A stretch of 64,000 nucleotides of DNA. Origin: Gemmatimonadota bacterium. GTDB taxonomy: Bacteria > Gemmatimonadota > Gemmatimonadetes > Palauibacterales > Palauibacteraceae. Positions 59,769 through 64,000 of the stretch are shown here, in pieces; the stretch's first letter is position 1, and each line of letters opens with the position of its first letter. The notes below the pieces were generated by a model that saw nothing but the letters and a program-made list of their open reading frames with translations, was not told where the DNA came from and did no database searches. A program made the position numbers and the translations under genes. The stretch lies in assembly GCA_965116475.1 (NCBI GenBank), contig OZ220691.1:992001-1056000 (forward strand), in the 5' to 3' direction.

Positions 59769-60590
59769 ATGCGAACCTCACCCGATATCCGCCCGGTGAC
59801 ACCCGTCATCGGCGCCGAGGTCGGCGGCGTGGATCTCGCCGCCCTTGATGATGACAGTTTCGAGACCATCCGCGCTGCGCTGATGGCGCACTGCGTCCTC
59901 TTCTTCCGGGACCAGGACATCTCCATCGAGAGCCAGAAAGCGCTGGGCGCCCGGTTCGGGGAACTCGTCGTCCATCCGAACGACCCCGGGCTCGACGGAC
60001 ACCCGGAAGTCATGAGGATTCACGCGGACGAGCACTCGGTGCGGGCGACGGGTGAGCGCTGGCACTCGGACGTATCGTGCGACCCTGCGCCGCCGATGGG
60101 CTCGATCCTCCGCATGCACACGGTGCCGGCCGCCGGCGGCGACACGCTGTTCGCCAACATGTACGCCGCATACGAGGCGCTGTCCGTTCGGATGAAGGCG
60201 CTGCTGGACGGCCTCACCGCGATCCACGACGGGGGGCCGTACTACCGGGAAGTGAACCGGCTCATCGGACGCGACGACGGAGGCCGGTCGTACCCGTCGT
60301 CCGAGCACCCCGTCGTCCGCACGCACCCCGTGACGGGGCGGAAGGCGCTGTTCGTGAACGAGATGTTCACGGTTCGCATCGTGGACCTCCCGCGGGGCGA
60401 GAGCGCCGGGCTGCTCGACTTCCTCTTCCGGCACGTGCAGCGGCCGGATTTCCACTGCCGCTTCCGCTGGCGCCCGCATTCCGTCGCCTTCTGGGACAAC
60501 CGCTGCACGCAGCATCACGCGATCTGGGACTACTTCCCCGCCGTGCGCTCCGGCTACCGCGTCACCATCCGCGGCGAACGCCCCGCCTAG
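59769..60590 (+). CDS. tauD: TauD/TfdA alpha-ketoglutarate-dependent dioxygenase (taurine/sulfonate-like)
   Basis: IGAEV.GVDL, LFFRDQ, WHSD (HxD), GGDTLFA, HPVVRTHP.TG, WDNRCTQH.A. Confidence 0.85.
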   Translation: MRTSPDIRPVTPVIGAEVGGVDLAALDDDSFETIRAALMAHCVLFFRDQDISIESQKALGARFGELVVHPNDPGLDGHPEVMRIHADEHSVRATGERWHSDVSCDPAPPMGSILRMHTVPAAGGDTLFANMYAAYEALSVRMKALLDGLTAIHDGGPYYREVNRLIGRDDGGRSYPSSEHPVVRTHPVTGRKALFVNEMFTVRIVDLPRGESAGLLDFLFRHVQRPDFHCRFRWRPHSVAFWDNRCTQHHAIWDYFPAVRSGYRVTIRGERPA

Positions 60591-60629
60591 TCGACCGTCG
60601 CGGATAGCGGCCAGTTGTCGGTTACGCTA

Positions 60630-60666
60630 CCGTCCAATTGCTGGTTGGAGCGCCGTCCAATTGCTG
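60630..60666 (+). repeat. 14-bp direct repeat ccgtccaattgctg (23-bp period) upstream of the amidohydrolase
   Basis: Copies at 60630-60643 and 60653-60666; each contains the palindrome CAATTG and is followed by GGAG. Confidence 0.75.
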
Positions 60667-60682
60667 TTCAGGAGTCCGGACC

Positions 60683-62002
60683 ATGCTGAAACGCACCCCG
60701 ATTTCGTTCCTCGTGCTCGCTGCGGCGGCGATCATCGGGGCCTGCGGCGGCGCCGACTCCGAAGTCTCGTCGGCGGATGGGACGGAGGCGGCGGCGTTCG
60801 CGATCGTGGGCGCGACCGTCATCGACGGCTCGGGAGCCGAACCCGTGCCCGACGCGACGGTCGTGGTCCGCGACGGGCGCATCGAAGCCGTGGGACCGTC
60901 GGTGGAGGTCGAAGCTCCGGCGGACGCCGAGGTTCTGGACGCGGCCGGGCAATACCTCGTTCCCGGCCTCATCAACGCGCACGGTCACGTGGGCGCGACC
61001 CTCGGCCTCGAGGGCGGGCACTACTCGCGGGACAACGTCCTGCGCCAGCTTCGGCTGTACGCGAGCTACGGCGTCACCACCGTCGTGAGCCTCGGCGGCG
61101 ACGAACCCGCCGGCGTCGAGGTGCGCGACGAACAGGAGGTGCCGTCGCTCGAGCGGGCCCGGCTCTACGTGGCGGGTGCCGTGGTGGCGGGGATCACGCC
61201 GGGGGCCGCGCTCGAGATGGTGCACGGGAACGCGGTGATGGGGGTCGACTTCATAAAGATCCGGGTCGACGACAACCTCGGGAGCACGTACAAGATGACG
61301 CCGGACGTGTACGGGGCGGTGATCGAGGGGGCGCACGAACTCGGGCTTCCGGTCGCGGCGCACCTGTTCTACCTCGAGGACGCGCACGGGCTGCTCGACG
61401 CTGGAGCCGACTTCATCGTGCACAGCGTCCGCGACCGGGACGTGGACGACGCGCTCGCGACCCGGCTCATCGAAGCCGATGTCTGCTACTCGCCGACGCT
61501 GACGCGCGAGGTCTCGACCTTCGTGTACGAGAGCGAGCCGGAGTTCTTCTCGGATCCCTTCTTCCTCGCCTCCGCGGAGTCGGCGGTGCTCGAAGCCCTG
61601 CGCGCCCCGGAGAGCATGGCGCGCTACCGCGGCAGCGAGTCGGCCCAGCGCTACAAGGAGGCGCTCGCGCAGGCCCAGGAGAACCTCGGCGCGCTGTCCG
61701 ATGCCGGCGTGACCATCGCCATGGGCACCGACACCGGCCCGCCCGCCCGCTTCCAGGGCTACTTCGAGCACATGGAACTCGCGCTCATGGCGGAGTCGGG
61801 CATGTCGCCGATGGAGATCCTCGTTGCTTCCACGGGCGACGCCGCACGCTGCGCGGGGCTCGAAGGCGTCGGCACGATCGAGGCCGGCAACTGGGCCGAC
61901 CTCATCCTCCTCGACGCGGACCCGCTGGAGGGAGTCGAGAACCTGCGCGCCATCGAATCCGTCTGGATCGCCGGCAACGAAGTGCCGTCGGTGTCCGGCT
62001 AA
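60683..62002 (+). CDS. Amidohydrolase-family lipoprotein
   Basis: IGA|C lipobox, PGLINAHGH, YGVTTV, IKI, AAH, VHS, GTD, GTIEAG..ADLILL; AGGAG SD. Confidence 0.9.
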   Translation: MLKRTPISFLVLAAAAIIGACGGADSEVSSADGTEAAAFAIVGATVIDGSGAEPVPDATVVVRDGRIEAVGPSVEVEAPADAEVLDAAGQYLVPGLINAHGHVGATLGLEGGHYSRDNVLRQLRLYASYGVTTVVSLGGDEPAGVEVRDEQEVPSLERARLYVAGAVVAGITPGAALEMVHGNAVMGVDFIKIRVDDNLGSTYKMTPDVYGAVIEGAHELGLPVAAHLFYLEDAHGLLDAGADFIVHSVRDRDVDDALATRLIEADVCYSPTLTREVSTFVYESEPEFFSDPFFLASAESAVLEALRAPESMARYRGSESAQRYKEALAQAQENLGALSDAGVTIAMGTDTGPPARFQGYFEHMELALMAESGMSPMEILVASTGDAARCAGLEGVGTIEAGNWADLILLDADPLEGVENLRAIESVWIAGNEVPSVSG

Positions 62003-63261
62003 CCCGGGCTCCGTTCGCGCAGGTCGAGGATCGGGGGGGCGTCCTCGGGGATCGTGCCCGGTTCGACGGCGCGGACGTCCACGCGGAGGCGGGTCGTCTC
62101 CCGGAGGCGGGCGGCGAGTTCTTCCAGATCGGGCTGGCGGTGCCCCGTGGGTTCGACGGACACCGCCAACAGATCGCGATGCTCCTGCTCGGTGACCGCC
62201 GCCTGGTAGCGCCGCACGCCCGGAGCGCCGACGAGGGCCTCCGCCAGTTGCCGCGGATGGACGAACATGCCGCGCACCTTCACTCCCTCGCCGATCCGGC
62301 CCAGGAAGCCGGCCAGCCGGGGCGAGGTCCGTCCGCAGTCGCACCCGTCGGAACGGAACGCCGACAGGTCGCCCGTGCCGAAGCGGACGAGCGGGTAGAC
62401 CGGGTTGGCGCTCGTGACGACGACCTCGCCGGGTTCGCCGGGCGCGCACGGCTCGCGCGTGCCGGGGTCCAGCACTTCGACGACGATGCCGGGCGCCACA
62501 TGCCAGCCGTCCTTCGCTTCGCACTCGTAGCCGATGGCCCCGGCGTCGGCGGTCCCGTACGCCTGGAAGACCGAGACGCCGTGGCCCTCCTCCAGCAGCC
62601 TGCGGAGGTCGGGAGGCAGCGGCGCACCGCTGACGAGCGCGCGGCGCAGGGTCGCGGGGATTCCGTCTTCCCTCCCCCGCTCCAGCAGGGTCAGGAGAAA
62701 CTGCGGCGTGCCCACGTATGCGGCGGCTCCGACCTGTGACGCGAAGGCGGCCTGGGCCGACGTGTTCCCCACCCCGCCCGCCACGACCACGCACCCCACG
62801 GCGCGCAACCCCGCATCCATCATGTGACCGCCCGGGGTCAGGTGATACGAGAAGGTGTTGAGCACCACGTCGCCGCGCTCGAACCCCGCCGCGCGGAAGG
62901 CCGGGGCCATGCGCCAGTAGTCCGCCCGCTGGCCCTCGGGATCGTTGATCGGGCCGGGGGAGCGGTGGATGCGCCGCAGCGCCCCCACATCCACGCCCAG
63001 CATCCCGCCGAAGGGCGGCTGGGCCGCCTGCAGATCCGGCAGGTCATCCTTCGCCAGCACCGCCACGTCCCGCAGCCCCGCCACGCCGCGCGGCTCGGGG
63101 TGCGCGACCCCGGCTTCCCGCAGGCGGACTCCGGCTTCTCCGCTGCGCTCGAGCGCCAGGCGGACGGCCTCGTCCGCGAGCGCATCCTGCGCCGCGCCCC
63201 AGTCGGGCGGCGCTTCCGCCGCGTCCAGGGGACGACGCCCCACCGCCCTCACGACAGCCAC
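61999..63261 (-). CDS. Phenylacetate--CoA ligase-like (PaaK/AMP-binding) protein
   Basis: SPGPI, FSYHLTPGG, YVGTP, QAYGTAD, GEVVVT, PLVRFGTGD, KVRGMFVHP. Confidence 0.85.
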   Translation of the reverse strand: MAVVRAVGRRPLDAAEAPPDWGAAQDALADEAVRLALERSGEAGVRLREAGVAHPEPRGVAGLRDVAVLAKDDLPDLQAAQPPFGGMLGVDVGALRRIHRSPGPINDPEGQRADYWRMAPAFRAAGFERGDVVLNTFSYHLTPGGHMMDAGLRAVGCVVVAGGVGNTSAQAAFASQVGAAAYVGTPQFLLTLLERGREDGIPATLRRALVSGAPLPPDLRRLLEEGHGVSVFQAYGTADAGAIGYECEAKDGWHVAPGIVVEVLDPGTREPCAPGEPGEVVVTSANPVYPLVRFGTGDLSAFRSDGCDCGRTSPRLAGFLGRIGEGVKVRGMFVHPRQLAEALVGAPGVRRYQAAVTEQEHRDLLAVSVEPTGHRQPDLEELAARLRETTRLRVDVRAVEPGTIPEDAPPILDLRERSPG

Positions 63262-64000
63262 CGCTTGCGGCGGCGATAGTGCTTCACGTCGCGATACGAG
63301 CGGCGCCCGATCTCGCTCAGACCCAGGTAGAACTCGCGCACGTCCTCGTTCTTCCCCAGTTCCTCCGCGGAACCCTCCAGCACCACGCGGCCCGATTCCA
63401 TGACGTAGCCGTAGTCCGCGATGGAGAGCGCGAGGCGCGCGTTCTGCTCGACGAGCAGGATGGTCGTCCCCTCCTCTTCTCTGATCCGCCGGATGATCTC
63501 GAAGATCTCCTGCACGAGGATCGGCGCGAGCCCCAGCGACGGCTCATCGAGCAGCATGAGCCGCGGGCGAGCCATGAGCGCGCGACCGAGGGCGAGCATC
63601 TGCTGCTCGCCGCCCGACAGGTAGCCCGCCCACTGGCGGCGGCGCTCGGCCAGCCGCGGAAAATACCCGTAGACCCGTTCGAGATCCGCCGGCACGCCTC
63701 CGCGGTCCCGGCGCGTGTGCGCCCCCGCGAGCAGGTTCTCGTGCACCGTGAGGTGCTCGAACACGTGCCGCCCCTCGACGACCTGGAAAACCCCCCGGCG
63801 CACGATGCGGTCGGCGGGCAGGCCGTGGATCTCGTGGCCGTCGAAGCGGATCGATCCGTCCGTGACCTCCCCGTCCTCGACCTTGAGCAGACCCGAGATC
63901 GCCTTGAGCGTCGTCGTCTTCCCGGCCCCGTTCGAGCCGAGGAGCGAGACGATGTGCCCCTCCGGCACCTCCAGCGACAGTCCACGCAGGACGAGGATCA
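63249..64000 (-). CDS. Branched-chain amino-acid-type ABC transporter ATPase (LivF-like), 5' end outside the window
   Basis: GSNGAGKTT, LSGGEQQM, LLDEPSLGLAP, LVEQNA; frame stays open to the window edge (ILVLRGLSLEV...). Confidence 0.92.
   Translation of the reverse strand, partial: ILVLRGLSLEVPEGHIVSLLGSNGAGKTTTLKAISGLLKVEDGEVTDGSIRFDGHEIHGLPADRIVRRGVFQVVEGRHVFEHLTVHENLLAGAHTRRDRGGVPADLERVYGYFPRLAERRRQWAGYLSGGEQQMLALGRALMARPRLMLLDEPSLGLAPILVQEIFEIIRRIREEEGTTILLVEQNARLALSIADYGYVMESGRVVLEGSAEELGKNEDVREFYLGLSEIGRRSYRDVKHYRRRKRWLS

Overview
High-GC bacterial chromosomal segment with dense gene packing. The gene content (thyX, short GyrB, PorX-like regulator, LptFG, many lipoproteins and Tat substrates, a six-bladed propeller) suggests a diderm of the Gemmatimonadota/FCB type; this is inference only. 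About 55 CDS are supported. They cover DNA/RNA housekeeping (ssb, rho, a GyrA-family subunit, recF-dciA-gyrB, thyX, a Cho/UvrC-like nuclease), a thiolase-SPFH-hbd operon, an LPS/lipid A cluster containing an orphan PorX-like REC-PglZ regulator, a periplasmic redox sugar-catabolism cluster (GMC + subunit 3 + Gfo/Idh/MocA + Na+ symporter + GH109), a cupredoxin/di-heme peroxidase pair, tauD, an amidohydrolase and a PaaK/LivF end. I saw no rRNA, tRNA, CRISPR array or mobile element. Most interesting observations: (1) a two-gene cassette between gyrB and glpK encoding a small secreted, disulfide-clamped amphipathic beta-hairpin protein coupled to a beta-propeller lipoprotein, behind an 11-bp-phased direct repeat; (2) a GyrA paralogue that has lost its GyrA-box; (3) a hidden CTG-start polyproline leader ORF overlapping the start of a CNNM/CorC Mg2+ transporter gene; (4) a MauG/MbnH-like di-heme enzyme paired with a cupredoxin; (5) a candidate SOS box and ATT start codon on the Cho-like nuclease; (6) several apparently leaderless genes and many short tandem duplications at gene boundaries. 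All functional calls come from motif recognition by eye; no database search was run.
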